A program made the translations under genes and the position numbers. A stretch of DNA of 64,000 nucleotides from Escherichia coli (GTDB lineage: Bacteria; Pseudomonadota; Gammaproteobacteria; Enterobacterales; Enterobacteriaceae), in the NCBI RefSeq assembly GCF_003019035.1, contig NZ_CP027447.1. One strand, written 5' to 3'. The first letter of the stretch is position 1, and each line of letters begins with the position of its first letter. The notes beneath the pieces are model-generated. The model was not told where the DNA came from and ran no database searches. It saw only the letters and a list, made by a program, of their open reading frames with translations. Of this stretch, positions 22,265 through 35,101 are shown one piece after another.

Positions 22265-23050
22265 TTAGCGCACTAAATAACCGCCATCGACCACTAATAA
22301 ATGCCCGTTAACATAATTTGAAGCCGGACTTGCGAGGAATACGGCTGCGCCCATTAAATCCTGAGTATCACCCCAACGGTTTGCCGGTATATGATCAAGA
22401 ACGCGCTGATTGGTTTCTGGATTACTGCGTGTTGCCAGCGTAATATCGGTTGCATAATATCCCGGGGCAATACCATTCACCTGAATATTATATTGACCTA
22501 ATTCATCGCAATAGGCTTTGGTGAATCCAGCAAGAGCATGTTTAGTGGCAGAATAAGCAGGTGACCATTGTCCACCTAAGTAAGAGAACAATGAACAGAT
22601 ATTAATGATTTTACCGCTTTTCTGCGGGATCATAATTTTTGCTGCTTCGTAGCTTAACTCGAATGCGGCGGTCAGGTTCACATCAATCATCGGGTCCCAG
22701 TCGGCACGACCGAAGTCCAGCACCTTATTCAGCTTACAAATACCGGCATTGTTAACCAGAATATCTACGGTACCGAAGCGCTCACAGCAGGCAGCGATAA
22801 TCTTCTGCGGCGCGCCTTCTGCGGTGATATCCACCTGCATAAAATCAACTTCGACACCCTGTTTTTCAATCATTTCCTTTGTTTCGCCGTTATCTTTGAC
22901 GAAGCTAGGGATAAAGACATTTGCGCCAGCTTTGGCCAACGCCATGGCAAATGCCTGGCCTAAACCGCTATTCCCGCCGGTAACAATTGCTGTTTTACCT
23001 TTCAGGGAGAAAAAATCCATTGAGAACGCATTGAGAGATTCGATTGACAT
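22265..23050 (-). CDS. ygcW: Short-chain dehydrogenase/reductase
   Basis: Frame of ORF 22265-23062; TGGNSGLG Rossmann motif and YSATK catalytic motif. Confidence 0.9.
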   Translation of the reverse strand: MSIESLNAFSMDFFSLKGKTAIVTGGNSGLGQAFAMALAKAGANVFIPSFVKDNGETKEMIEKQGVEVDFMQVDITAEGAPQKIIAACCERFGTVDILVNNAGICKLNKVLDFGRADWDPMIDVNLTAAFELSYEAAKIMIPQKSGKIINICSLFSYLGGQWSPAYSATKHALAGFTKAYCDELGQYNIQVNGIAPGYYATDITLATRSNPETNQRVLDHIPANRWGDTQDLMGAAVFLASPASNYVNGHLLVVDGGYLVR

Positions 23051-23366
23051 AGTTAGCTCCAATTTCCGTAAGGCAAAAAAAAGAAAGGTAACTTCCCCCG
23101 CGAGAGGGAAGTTACCTTTCTCATTATCTCTGGTAACTGGATATAATTTTTAGCATAAGGGCATAAGCGCTAATGTGATCGTAATCACAGTGTGATATTC
23201 GTATTATCAAATAATTTTAAAAAGCAGAAGCGTGACTACTCTCACACAACACCACTGCTTTCCATGTTATTTCTTATTGCAATTACTAGAGACCTGAGAA
23301 AAGTAATCCACCTGAAAGGGCGGCTTACTTTTCTCTTTTTTTGTCTATTACAAATGGGAATACGAT

Positions 23367-24644
23367 ATGCAACACAACTCATATCGCCGTTGGATAACCC
23401 TCGCGATAATTAGTTTTAGCGGCGGCGTTAGTTTCGACCTGGCTTATTTACGTTATATTTATCAAATTCCCATGGCGAAATTTATGGGATTCAGCAATAC
23501 CGAGATAGGTTTAATAATGAGTACCTTTGGTATTGCAGCTATTATTCTTTATGCGCCCAGTGGCGTTATTGCCGATAAATTCTCACATCGCAAAATGATT
23601 ACTTCCGCGATGATCATTACCGGATTACTGGGTCTGTTAATGGCAACTTATCCACCGCTGTGGGTAATGCTCTGTATTCAGGTTGCCTTTGCGATAACGA
23701 CGATTTTAATGCTGTGGTCGGTGTCGATTAAAGCCGCATCGTTGCTGGGCGATCATAGCGAGCAAGGGAAAATTATGGGCTGGATGGAAGGGCTGCGCGG
23801 CGTCGGTGTAATGTCGCTGGCGGTGTTTACCATGTGGGTCTTTTCTCGCTTTGCACCGGATGACAGCGCCAGCCTGAAAACGGTCATTATCATCTACAGT
23901 GTGGTCTACATTTTATTGGGGATTCTGTGCTGGTTTTTTGTTAGCGATAACAACAACCTGCGCAATACCAATAACAAAGAAAAACAGTCATTCCAGCTTA
24001 GCGACATCCTGGCCGTTTTGCGCATCAGCACCACCTGGTATTGCAGCATGGTGATTTTTGGTGTCTTCACCATCTACGCCATTCTGAGTTACTCCACCAA
24101 CTATCTCACCGAAATGTACGGCATGTCGCTGGTGGCGGCGAGCTACATGGGGATTGTGATCAACAAAATATTCCGCGCGCTGTGTGGTCCACTTGGCGGC
24201 ATTATCACCACCTACAGTAAAGTGAAATCCCCTACCCGCGTGATCCAAATCCTTTCCGTACTCGGCTTGCTGGCGTTAACTGCCCTGCTCGTCACGAACT
24301 CTAACCCGCAATCGGTCGCGATGGGGATTGGCCTGATTTTACTGCTGGGATTCACCTGTTACGCCTCACGCGGGCTGTACTGGGCCTGCCCTGGCGAAGC
24401 GAGAACACCGTCTTACATTATGGGCACCACGGTAGGTATTTGTTCGGTGATTGGATTCCTGCCGGATGTCTTCGTTTACCCGATTATCGGCTACTGGCAA
24501 GACACCCTGCCCGCTGCAGAAGCCTACCGCAATATGTGGCTGATGGGCATGGCGGCGCTTGCCATGGTGATCGTCTTTACCTTTTTGCTGTTCCAAAAAA
24601 TTCGTACTGCTGATAGCGCCCCTGCTATGGCTAGCAGCAAGTAA
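23367..24644 (+). CDS. yqcE: MFS transporter
   Basis: 425-aa multi-TM ORF divergent from ygcW. Confidence 0.85.
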   Translation: MQHNSYRRWITLAIISFSGGVSFDLAYLRYIYQIPMAKFMGFSNTEIGLIMSTFGIAAIILYAPSGVIADKFSHRKMITSAMIITGLLGLLMATYPPLWVMLCIQVAFAITTILMLWSVSIKAASLLGDHSEQGKIMGWMEGLRGVGVMSLAVFTMWVFSRFAPDDSASLKTVIIIYSVVYILLGILCWFFVSDNNNLRNTNNKEKQSFQLSDILAVLRISTTWYCSMVIFGVFTIYAILSYSTNYLTEMYGMSLVAASYMGIVINKIFRALCGPLGGIITTYSKVKSPTRVIQILSVLGLLALTALLVTNSNPQSVAMGIGLILLLGFTCYASRGLYWACPGEARTPSYIMGTTVGICSVIGFLPDVFVYPIIGYWQDTLPAAEAYRNMWLMGMAALAMVIVFTFLLFQKIRTADSAPAMASSK

Positions 24645-24670
24645 GTCCAGAAAATTACAGGAGAAAAATC

Positions 24671-26149
24671 ATGTCGAAAAAATACATCATAGGGATTGAT
24701 GGCGGAAGTCAGAGCACAAAAGTGGTGATGTATGATCTGGAAGGTAATGTGGTTTGCGAAGGCAAAGGCTTATTGCAGCCGATGCACACGCCAGATGCCG
24801 ATACCGCAGAACATCCTGACGACGATTTATGGGCATCATTATGTTTTGCCGGTCACGATTTGATGAGTCAGTTTGCCGGAAATAAAGAAGATATTGTCGG
24901 CATTGGTCTGGGATCCATCCGTTGCTGCCGTGCGTTATTGAAAGCCGATGGCACACCAGCTGCGCCGTTGATTAGCTGGCAGGATGCACGCGTTACACGC
25001 CCTTACGAACATACGAATCCTGACGTGGCATATGTCACCTCTTTTTCGGGTTATCTGACGCATCGCTTAACCGGCGAGTTTAAAGACAATATCGCCAACT
25101 ATTTTGGTCAGTGGCCGGTGGATTATAAGACCTGGGCATGGAGCGAAGATACCGCGGTAATGGAGAAGTTTAATATTCCCCGACAGATGCTTTTTGATGT
25201 GCAAATGCCGGGCACTGTTCTTGGGCATATCACTCGTCAAGCCGCGCTGGCGACACATTTCCCGGCTGGGCTGCCGGTTGTTTGTACCACCAGTGATAAA
25301 CCGGTAGAAGCTCTGGGAGCCGGATTACTGGATGATGAAACGGCGGTGATTTCTCTTGGCACCTACATCGCGCTGATGATGAACGGTAAAGCACTGCCGA
25401 AAGATCCGGTAGCGTACTGGCCGATTATGTCTTCTATTCCGCAAACCTTGCTGTATGAAGGTTACGGTATCCGCAAAGGCATGTGGACGGTGAGCTGGCT
25501 ACGCGACATGCTAGGCGAGTCGTTAATTCAGGATGCCAAAGCACAGGATCTTTCACCGGAAGATTTGCTCAACAAAAAAGCGTCTTGTGTGCCGCCTGGC
25601 TGTAATGGTCTGATGACGGTGCTGGACTGGCTGACCAATCCGTGGGAACCATACAAACGCGGGATTATGATCGGCTTTGATTCCAGCATGGATTACGCAT
25701 GGATATATCGTTCGATACTGGAAAGCGTGGCGCTGACGCTGAAGAACAATTACGACAATATGTGTAATGAAATGAATCACTTTGCAAAGCATGTGATCAT
25801 TACTGGCGGCGGTTCGAACAGCGATCTGTTTATGCAGATTTTTGCCGACGTGTTCAACCTTCCGGCACGCCGTAACGCCATTAATGGTTGTGCAAGTCTG
25901 GGGGCAGCGATCAATACGGCGGTAGGTCTGGGGCTATACCCGGATTACGCAACGGCTGTCGACAAAATGGTTCGCGTGAAAGATATCTTTATGCCTGTTG
26001 AGAGCAACGCCAAACGCTACGACGCGATGAATAAAGGCATTTTCAAAGACCTAACCAAACACACTGATGTGATCCTGAAAAAATCGTATGAAGTGATGCA
26101 TGGTGAGCTGGGGAATGAAGATTCGATCCAGAGCTGGTCGAATGCGTAA
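24671..26149 (+). CDS. ygcE: FGGY-family carbohydrate kinase
   Basis: 492-aa ORF MSKKYIIGIDGGSQSTKVVMYD... with FGGY N- and C-terminal ATPase signatures. Confidence 0.9.
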   Translation: MSKKYIIGIDGGSQSTKVVMYDLEGNVVCEGKGLLQPMHTPDADTAEHPDDDLWASLCFAGHDLMSQFAGNKEDIVGIGLGSIRCCRALLKADGTPAAPLISWQDARVTRPYEHTNPDVAYVTSFSGYLTHRLTGEFKDNIANYFGQWPVDYKTWAWSEDTAVMEKFNIPRQMLFDVQMPGTVLGHITRQAALATHFPAGLPVVCTTSDKPVEALGAGLLDDETAVISLGTYIALMMNGKALPKDPVAYWPIMSSIPQTLLYEGYGIRKGMWTVSWLRDMLGESLIQDAKAQDLSPEDLLNKKASCVPPGCNGLMTVLDWLTNPWEPYKRGIMIGFDSSMDYAWIYRSILESVALTLKNNYDNMCNEMNHFAKHVIITGGGSNSDLFMQIFADVFNLPARRNAINGCASLGAAINTAVGLGLYPDYATAVDKMVRVKDIFMPVESNAKRYDAMNKGIFKDLTKHTDVILKKSYEVMHGELGNEDSIQSWSNA

Positions 26150-26194
26150 GTGAGGAAGACCGGGCGGGAAACTGCCCGGCCTGAACATACCTGA

Positions 26195-26343
26195 ATGGTT
26201 ATCCCCGCTGACGCGGGGAACATAAGTTCGACAACTTAAAAAATGATAACAAGTCCGGTTTATCCCCGCTGATGCAGGGAACATAATAAAAACTTTAACT
26301 AGTTCGGTTTATCCCTGTTTTTACAAGGAATATTAACTACACT
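26195..26343 (-). CRISPR. Decayed orphan CRISPR remnant: 3 degenerate I-E repeats, 2 spacers
   Basis: Repeat-like units at 26195-26223, 26256-26284 (CGGTTTATCCCCGCTGATGCAGGGAACAT) and 26315-26343 (CGGTTTATCCCTGTTTTTACAAGGAATAT); spacers 32 and 30 nt. Confidence 0.7.
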
Positions 26344-26786
26344 CGATGTCTTTAGAATAAAAGACAATACGAATCGCACTTTATCAATTTTCACTTAAAG
26401 TATGAACTGGATATCTTTATTCATAAGAACTATTCATCAACAGCCTATAGAGGCGGTTATGTAAAACCACTCATTAGCCTCAAAACAAAGACAAATTTCC
26501 AGATTTATTACTTAATCAATGAATAACAAGCTTAAAAAATACACTGTTATTCTAAAGAAAAAATTAACAGGCATTAATTAATATTAAAAAAATAATAGAT
26601 TAAAATTTCTTAACGGTTTAAGGATTATACAAATAACACTTTGATTAAATTTGATTTTTTGTATCGATAATTGTGAACTTATCTGGCATGGAGAACTATT
26701 TTGAACATGAGGTGTTATGTGGATATGTTGCTTATTACAAGTACAGCTAATATAAAAACTTGAGAAAGAGATAACGGGTTATATGG

Positions 26787-27059
26787 TGGTTTATCCCCGC
26801 TGGTGCGGGGAACTCTTGGCATAGGCGCTATAGCGGCGCTCTGTGTCCGGTTTATCCCCGCTGGCACGGGGAACTCGTTGGTGCCGTTGTTGTAACCGTA
26901 GAAACCGACGGTTTATCCCCGCTGACGTGGGGAACTCGCAGGTCAACACGGGCGATAAACCCGGCTGACCGGTTTATCCCCGCTGACGTGGGGAACTCGA
27001 TAAGCAGATTGCAGAACTACAGGCGAAGGACGGTTTATCCCCGCTGACGTGGGGAACTC
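26787..27059 (-). CRISPR. Orphan type I-E CRISPR array: 5 repeats, 4 spacers
   Basis: 29-nt repeats at 26787, 26848, 26909, 26970 and 27031 (61-nt period), consensus CGGTTTATCCCCGCTGRCRYGGGGAACTC; ends in ...AACTC rather than the ...AACAC of the cas-proximal array. Confidence 0.95.
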
Positions 27060-27200
27060 TCTAAACATAACCTATTATTAATTAATGATTTTTTAAGCCA
27101 GTCACAATCTACCAACTTTACAGGATCACACAAACAACACATCCATTATGTTAAAGAACACTTAATCCATTGATTAAAAAAGTAAATATTTAAAATAACT
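27060..27200 (-). promoter_or_regulatory. Leader of the second CRISPR array
   Basis: AT-rich; CTAAACATA... start and CACAATCTACCAAC at 27104-27117 parallel the first leader at the same distance from repeat 1. Confidence 0.55.
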
Positions 27201-27397
27201 CTATACCCACTAAAATCTACCAAACTTTACCGCAATAATTTTCACTCCAACGAAAAATTAACGCCACAGAATTTGTAGAGAATGATAATGATTAGCCCAG
27301 AATGGGCAAAATGGAGTTTTTTCAGAGGCGACAAAGAATATAAATAAGTGGAAGTCTTTACAGGTTCCACCCATTTATAACGCTTATAAATGTTTAA

Positions 27398-28069
27398 TCA
27401 GGCAATATTCAAATATTTATGTGTCTGCATCGACAAACGCCAGTTGCGCGCTATGCAGGTATCGATACATAAACGCGTAGCATCTTCCTTCTGGCTAATT
27501 GGCTGAAGTGCAATGACTCGCGGTTTATCATCGGTCAGCGTCGCAAGCAATTCATCCAGTGCTTCGATATCACGTACGCGTCCCACTGGATGCTTGATTT
27601 CGTTGGCTCGCTCCAGTGCCTGTGACAACACTTCATAGCCGCCGCGCATATTCAGCTTTGGCGATACGGTAACCCAGGTATTCGGTGTGCAGCGTACTTC
27701 ATGAGTACCACTGGTTTCGATCTGGCAGCTAAAACCGTTCTTTTCGAGCTGGTCAGTCAGTGGCAGCAAATCATGAATGCAAGGCTCACCACCCGTAATC
27801 ACCACATGCCGTGCGGTGTATCCCTGGCGACCAATGACAGCCAGCAAATCTTCACTGCTCGCAGCCCCCCACTTATCACTCTCTTTGGTCTTCGCCAGAA
27901 TGCTGAAAAGGGAAACTTCCCGATCCTCAAGCTTTTCCCAGGTGTGTTTGGTGTCGCACCAGGCACAGCCAACCGGGCATCCCTGTAAACGAATAAAAAT
28001 GGCGGGGACGCCGGTAAAGTAACCCTCACCTTGCAGGGTCTGGAACATCTCGTTAATCGGGTACTGCAT
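27398..28069 (-). CDS. queE: 7-carboxy-7-deazaguanine synthase (radical SAM)
   Basis: 223-aa ORF MQYPINEMFQTLQGEGYFTGVPAIFIRLQGCPVGCAWCDTKHTW (CxxxCxxC radical-SAM motif variant typical of QueE). Confidence 0.95.
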   Translation of the reverse strand: MQYPINEMFQTLQGEGYFTGVPAIFIRLQGCPVGCAWCDTKHTWEKLEDREVSLFSILAKTKESDKWGAASSEDLLAVIGRQGYTARHVVITGGEPCIHDLLPLTDQLEKNGFSCQIETSGTHEVRCTPNTWVTVSPKLNMRGGYEVLSQALERANEIKHPVGRVRDIEALDELLATLTDDKPRVIALQPISQKEDATRLCIDTCIARNWRLSMQTHKYLNIA

Positions 28070-28241
28070 AGCATTCTCTGTGAAGTGGATAATTGTTAAT
28101 TATTGCAGATCCTGCCACAACAATCATGTCTTATTAACATTCTGTTACAGGCAGGTTTAAGGCAAAAAGTGGATGAGATCATAAAGAATAAAATGAAGCG
28201 GCGTATTATGTTTTAAGGAATTAATTAAAAGGGACATAGAC

Positions 28242-28844
28242 ATGCTCAGGATATTCATCGTAATTATATTTATTGTCAATTTATCAGGCTGTGGATATAA
28301 CGATATTCAAACCTATGATGAGCAGGTTAACGCCTCCTGGTCTGAGGTATTGAATCAATATCAACGTCGCGCCGATCTTATTCCTAATCTTGTCGCCAGT
28401 ATTAAAGGTTATTCCAGCCATGAACAAGAGGTACTGGAAGCCGTAACATTGGCACGTAGCCAGGCTAATCGCGCCAGTAGCGATCTTCAGCAAGCTCCGG
28501 GAGATGCGCAAAAATTACAAGCCTGGCAACAAGCCCAGGCGCAGGTGTCTCGCACTCTCGGTCAGTTAACGATAATTAGTGAACGTTACCCTGAGTTAAA
28601 AGCTCAGGAACTCTATCAAAACTTAATGGTACAGCTCGAAGGAAGTGAAAATAGAATTGCCGTTGCGCGAGGAAGATATATTAAAGCCATTGAACAATAT
28701 AATGTCACTATCCGCAAATTCCCCGCTGTATTAACCGCAAAGGTCATGGATTACACACCAAAGAAAAATTATTTGCCGGATGATGTCACCGCAGTAAGTA
28801 AAGCCCCAACAATAGATTTTAGCCAGAATGCTAATGCGCATTAA
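28242..28844 (+). CDS. LemA-family lipoprotein
   Basis: 200-aa ORF with signal peptide and lipobox (LSGC), then a LemA-like helical region (NASWSEVLNQYQRRADLIPNLV). Confidence 0.85.
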   Translation: MLRIFIVIIFIVNLSGCGYNDIQTYDEQVNASWSEVLNQYQRRADLIPNLVASIKGYSSHEQEVLEAVTLARSQANRASSDLQQAPGDAQKLQAWQQAQAQVSRTLGQLTIISERYPELKAQELYQNLMVQLEGSENRIAVARGRYIKAIEQYNVTIRKFPAVLTAKVMDYTPKKNYLPDDVTAVSKAPTIDFSQNANAH

Positions 28845-28857
28845 GCGGGGAAGTTCT

Positions 28858-29751
28858 ATGCGAAATTTTATCTTCCTTATGGCTTTCTTCTGTTCATCTG
28901 TGTTTGCCACACAAATTCCAGTACCTGAATCCCCCAAGTATGTGAATGACTTAACCGGCACATTAACAAACAGCGAAGTAAACACCCTGACCAACCAGAT
29001 TAAAGCCCTGACGCAAAAAAACCACGCACAGTTGGTCGTGTTAGTGGTTGATACAACAGGCGATGAAACCATCGAGCAGTACGCAACGCGGGTATTCGAT
29101 AGCTGGAAACCGGGTGATAAAGACCGCGATGATGGCGTTCTACTGTTAGTCGCCTGGCAGGATCATACCGTGCGTATTGAAATCGGTTACGGACTGGAAG
29201 GTATTATTACGGATGCACAGTCCGGGAAAATTATTCGCAACAGTATTATTCCGGCATTTAAAAAAGGCGACCTGGCTGGTGGTTTACAAAAGGGGATCAA
29301 CGATATTGAAAGTCGCCTGACGGGGAATAATTCAGCAACGATAACACCGACCGATCACCCTTTGCCCTTTAGCGGTTGGTGGGCTTTGTTAGTCTGGGCG
29401 ATAATACTGACGTTTATTTCTGCCAGAGGATATATCAAAACGCTGGGACTGATTTGCTTCGCAGCTATTGTACTGGCCTTTGTTTTACCTATAGCAGGTT
29501 TCAGCGGAAGCTGGGGAGTGCTCGCAACATTACTCTGCTTCGCCACACCGTTCCTGGCTGTCGCCATCGCTTTTACTCCCTTCGGCAAAAAGGTTCGGGA
29601 TTCGATGCGTAATACCAACCAGCCATCACGCCATACAAGAAGTAATTCTTCCTCCCACTATTCGTCATCGTCATCCTCTTCATTCGACAATGACAATTTC
29701 CGCGGTGGTGGCGGTTCATCTGGTGGCGGTGGCGCTTCCGGACGCTGGTAA
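28858..29751 (+). CDS. TPM-domain membrane protein (YgcG-like), paralog 1
   Basis: Frame of ORF 28828-29751; start at MRNFIFLMAFF (signal peptide) after GGGGAAG; TPM core ([24 protein letters not shown]), 2-3 TM helices, Ser-rich linker and tail [15 protein letters not shown]. Confidence 0.85.
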   Translation: MRNFIFLMAFFCSSVFATQIPVPESPKYVNDLTGTLTNSEVNTLTNQIKALTQKNHAQLVVLVVDTTGDETIEQYATRVFDSWKPGDKDRDDGVLLLVAWQDHTVRIEIGYGLEGIITDAQSGKIIRNSIIPAFKKGDLAGGLQKGINDIESRLTGNNSATITPTDHPLPFSGWWALLVWAIILTFISARGYIKTLGLICFAAIVLAFVLPIAGFSGSWGVLATLLCFATPFLAVAIAFTPFGKKVRDSMRNTNQPSRHTRSNSSSHYSSSSSSSFDNDNFRGGGGSSGGGGASGRW

Positions 29752-29765
29752 CAAAAGGAATTGAT

Positions 29766-30914
29766 ATGCGTATTTTTCTCTTACTTCTGATGCTATGCGG
29801 TTTTCAGGTATTCGCTGAACAATTGCCTTCAGTAACTGACTTAACCGGGACATTAACGACAGAAGAACAAACTGCTTTAAATCAACAATTACAGACTCTC
29901 GAGCAGCAAAACCACTTCCAGGTGGCCGTGTTGGTTACGCCGACTACAGGGGGCAAAAACATTAAACTTGCAGCCTCGCAGAGATACGGGTTATATCACT
30001 GGAAACCCGTTGGAGAGAAGCGATATGGCGAAGGTATCTTAATTCTCGTCGTATGGCCGGAAGGGCTGGCGTCAATGAAGATTGGACATGGACTGGAACA
30101 GATGTTGCCGCCAGAACAAGCTGCGCAAATTGTTCGTTACCATATGCAGCCAGAATTCGAAAAAAGCAATCTCTTTGCTGGATTAACGGGCGGAATTGAA
30201 AGCATCGCACAGTTTACCCATATCAAAGCGAACCTTAGCCCTTTGGATGCTTTAGCCAATCATCTGTTTGCTAATCCACAACGTTCGCTGCCATGTCTTG
30301 CCTGGACACTGCTGATGATCGTTGCCATCGTTGTCCTCTGGCGATTTACCAGCCGTCCTGGGCCTGGCATATGGATGATATCGATGATTACCCCTATGGT
30401 CTGGTTTTTCTTCTTTCAGGATGATGTCATCATTCGGCGGGTGTCGATCGTTTGTTTTAGTTTATTGTTAGCAACAACCTGCTGGCAGCGTCTCGCGGTA
30501 GTTTTTAATATGTGCCGCGCATTTCCTATGATGCTGGCCCCCAAAAATAAAAACACTAAAGTGAAAAAACAAAAGAAGACCCAGCAATTTCCTGAATCAG
30601 GACGAAATTCATTGTTTGTCGTGATGCTGATAATTGTTGTGGGATGGTGCCTGGTGTTCGCCAGTAATAAAGATATTGCATTCATCTCAACAATTATTGG
30701 GTTAATTGATCATTTTATCGGCCCAATAACCATTGCTGGCATCGTTCTGCTGATCATTGTGGCCAAATTTACTGGCAATCTTAAACTGGGGTCAGGAGAA
30801 AAAAGCAACAGGAAAACGGGGAATCGTAATGCTCATTCTCGCTCTTCGTCGAAAAATTCTTTCCGCGGTGGCGGCGGTTCTTCAGGAGGCGGCGGTTCAT
30901 CCGACCGTTGGTGA
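29766..30914 (+). CDS. TPM-domain membrane protein, paralog 2 (extended multi-TM insert)
   Basis: 382-aa ORF: signal peptide, TPM core, about 5 hydrophobic segments, lysine-rich linker, tail [17 protein letters not shown]. Confidence 0.85.
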   Translation: MRIFLLLLMLCGFQVFAEQLPSVTDLTGTLTTEEQTALNQQLQTLEQQNHFQVAVLVTPTTGGKNIKLAASQRYGLYHWKPVGEKRYGEGILILVVWPEGLASMKIGHGLEQMLPPEQAAQIVRYHMQPEFEKSNLFAGLTGGIESIAQFTHIKANLSPLDALANHLFANPQRSLPCLAWTLLMIVAIVVLWRFTSRPGPGIWMISMITPMVWFFFFQDDVIIRRVSIVCFSLLLATTCWQRLAVVFNMCRAFPMMLAPKNKNTKVKKQKKTQQFPESGRNSLFVVMLIIVVGWCLVFASNKDIAFISTIIGLIDHFIGPITIAGIVLLIIVAKFTGNLKLGSGEKSNRKTGNRNAHSRSSSKNSFRGGGGSSGGGGSSDRW

Positions 30915-30919
30915 TCGTT

Positions 30920-31792
30920 ATGCGTATAATCCTTTTTCTACTCACTTTATGGTGCCTTCCTGTGCTTGCCCAGCAAATTGCTGTGCCGGAGCTGCGCCAA
31001 CAGGTGACCGATATTACTGGTACCTTAAGCACGTCTGAACAACAATCACTAACACAACAGCTGCAGGATATTACACAAAAAACACGGGCACAGGTCGCTG
31101 TATTAATAGTGCCATCCACCGGAGACGATTCTATTGAACAATATGCTACAAGAGTTTTTGACAATTGGCGTTTAGGAGATGCCAAACGTAATGATGGGAT
31201 ACTGATCATTGTTGCCTGGTCGGATCGTACTGTCCGCATCCAGGTAGGTTATGGGCTGGAAGAAAAGGTAACCGATGCTCTGGCTGGCAATATCATCCGT
31301 AGCATCATGATACCCGCCTTTAAAAAACAAAAATTAGCTAAGGGATTAGAATTAGCTATAATCGCTTTGAATAACCAACTCACTTCACAACACCAATATT
31401 CGTCTAATCCTTCAGAAAGTGAATCAGCGTCTTCCAGTGATCATTACTACTTTGCTATTTTTTGGGTATTTGCAGTGATGTTCTTCCCTTTCTGGTTTTT
31501 TCATCAAGGCAATAATTTTTGTCGGGCATTTAAAAGCAGTGTTTGTATTTCAACAGTCTATCTTATAGATTTATTCCTGTTCTCCGATCAAACTTTTTCC
31601 ATTGCTGTATTTTCCTTCTTTTTTACTTTCACCACCATTATGGTCTTTACCTGTTTATGTGTACTTCAGAAAAAAGCATCTGGTAGAAGTTATCATTCAG
31701 ACAACAGCGGTTCCGGTGGCGGCTCAAGTGGCGGCGGATTTAGCGGCGGGGGCGGTTCTTCTGGCGGTGGCGGCGCGTCCGGTCGCTGGTAA
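30920..31792 (+). CDS. TPM-domain membrane protein (YgcG-like), paralog 3
   Basis: Frame of ORF 30908-31792 (track start is a TTG at 30908; first ATG at 30920); TPM core close to paralog 1, tail ...[15 protein letters not shown]. Confidence 0.85.
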   Translation: MRIILFLLTLWCLPVLAQQIAVPELRQQVTDITGTLSTSEQQSLTQQLQDITQKTRAQVAVLIVPSTGDDSIEQYATRVFDNWRLGDAKRNDGILIIVAWSDRTVRIQVGYGLEEKVTDALAGNIIRSIMIPAFKKQKLAKGLELAIIALNNQLTSQHQYSSNPSESESASSSDHYYFAIFWVFAVMFFPFWFFHQGNNFCRAFKSSVCISTVYLIDLFLFSDQTFSIAVFSFFFTFTTIMVFTCLCVLQKKASGRSYHSDNSGSGGGSSGGGFSGGGGSSGGGGASGRW

Positions 31793-31801
31793 CTCAACCA
31801 T

Positions 31802-31832
31802 AAAAAATGCCAGCCCGAAGGCTGGCATTTTT
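31802..31832. terminator. Bidirectional rho-independent terminator between TPM paralog 3 and eno
   Basis: AAAAAATGCCAGCC-CGAA-GGCTGGCATTTTT: perfect 8-bp stem flanked by A-run and T-run, between two convergent genes. Confidence 0.75.
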
Positions 31833-31851
31833 AAATCAGATAAAGTCAGAC

Positions 31852-33165
<1,314 letters not shown>

Positions 33166-33236
33166 TCACTAGTTAAACTGAAACTCCAGACAAACAACGC
33201 GTACCCAGGGTACGCGTTGCCGTTCTAACTTTTTTC

Positions 33237-34889
<1,653 letters not shown>

Positions 34890-35101
34890 TTAGGTTGAAA
34901 AGACGATGGAATAACCAGGACGGGAAAGCAGTATACCCGAACATGACCTGTGCCACAAACTTTCATTATCCCTCCTCTTCGCCAGCGCACTATTGAAATC
35001 AGGAGTGAGAAAATAGCCCCTTTGGGGTAAATGTTTTTGACGCAAATCAAGCGCTTGTCATTTAAAAAATGACACAAATCGCGCTTGACCGCGTAATTCC
35101 C

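Noticed and set aside
26344-26786. AT-rich 440-bp gap between the two orphan CRISPR units, considered as a possible hidden gene or sRNA
   Set aside because: No ORF of meaningful length, no repeat copies and no leader motif; most simply decayed array or leader DNA.
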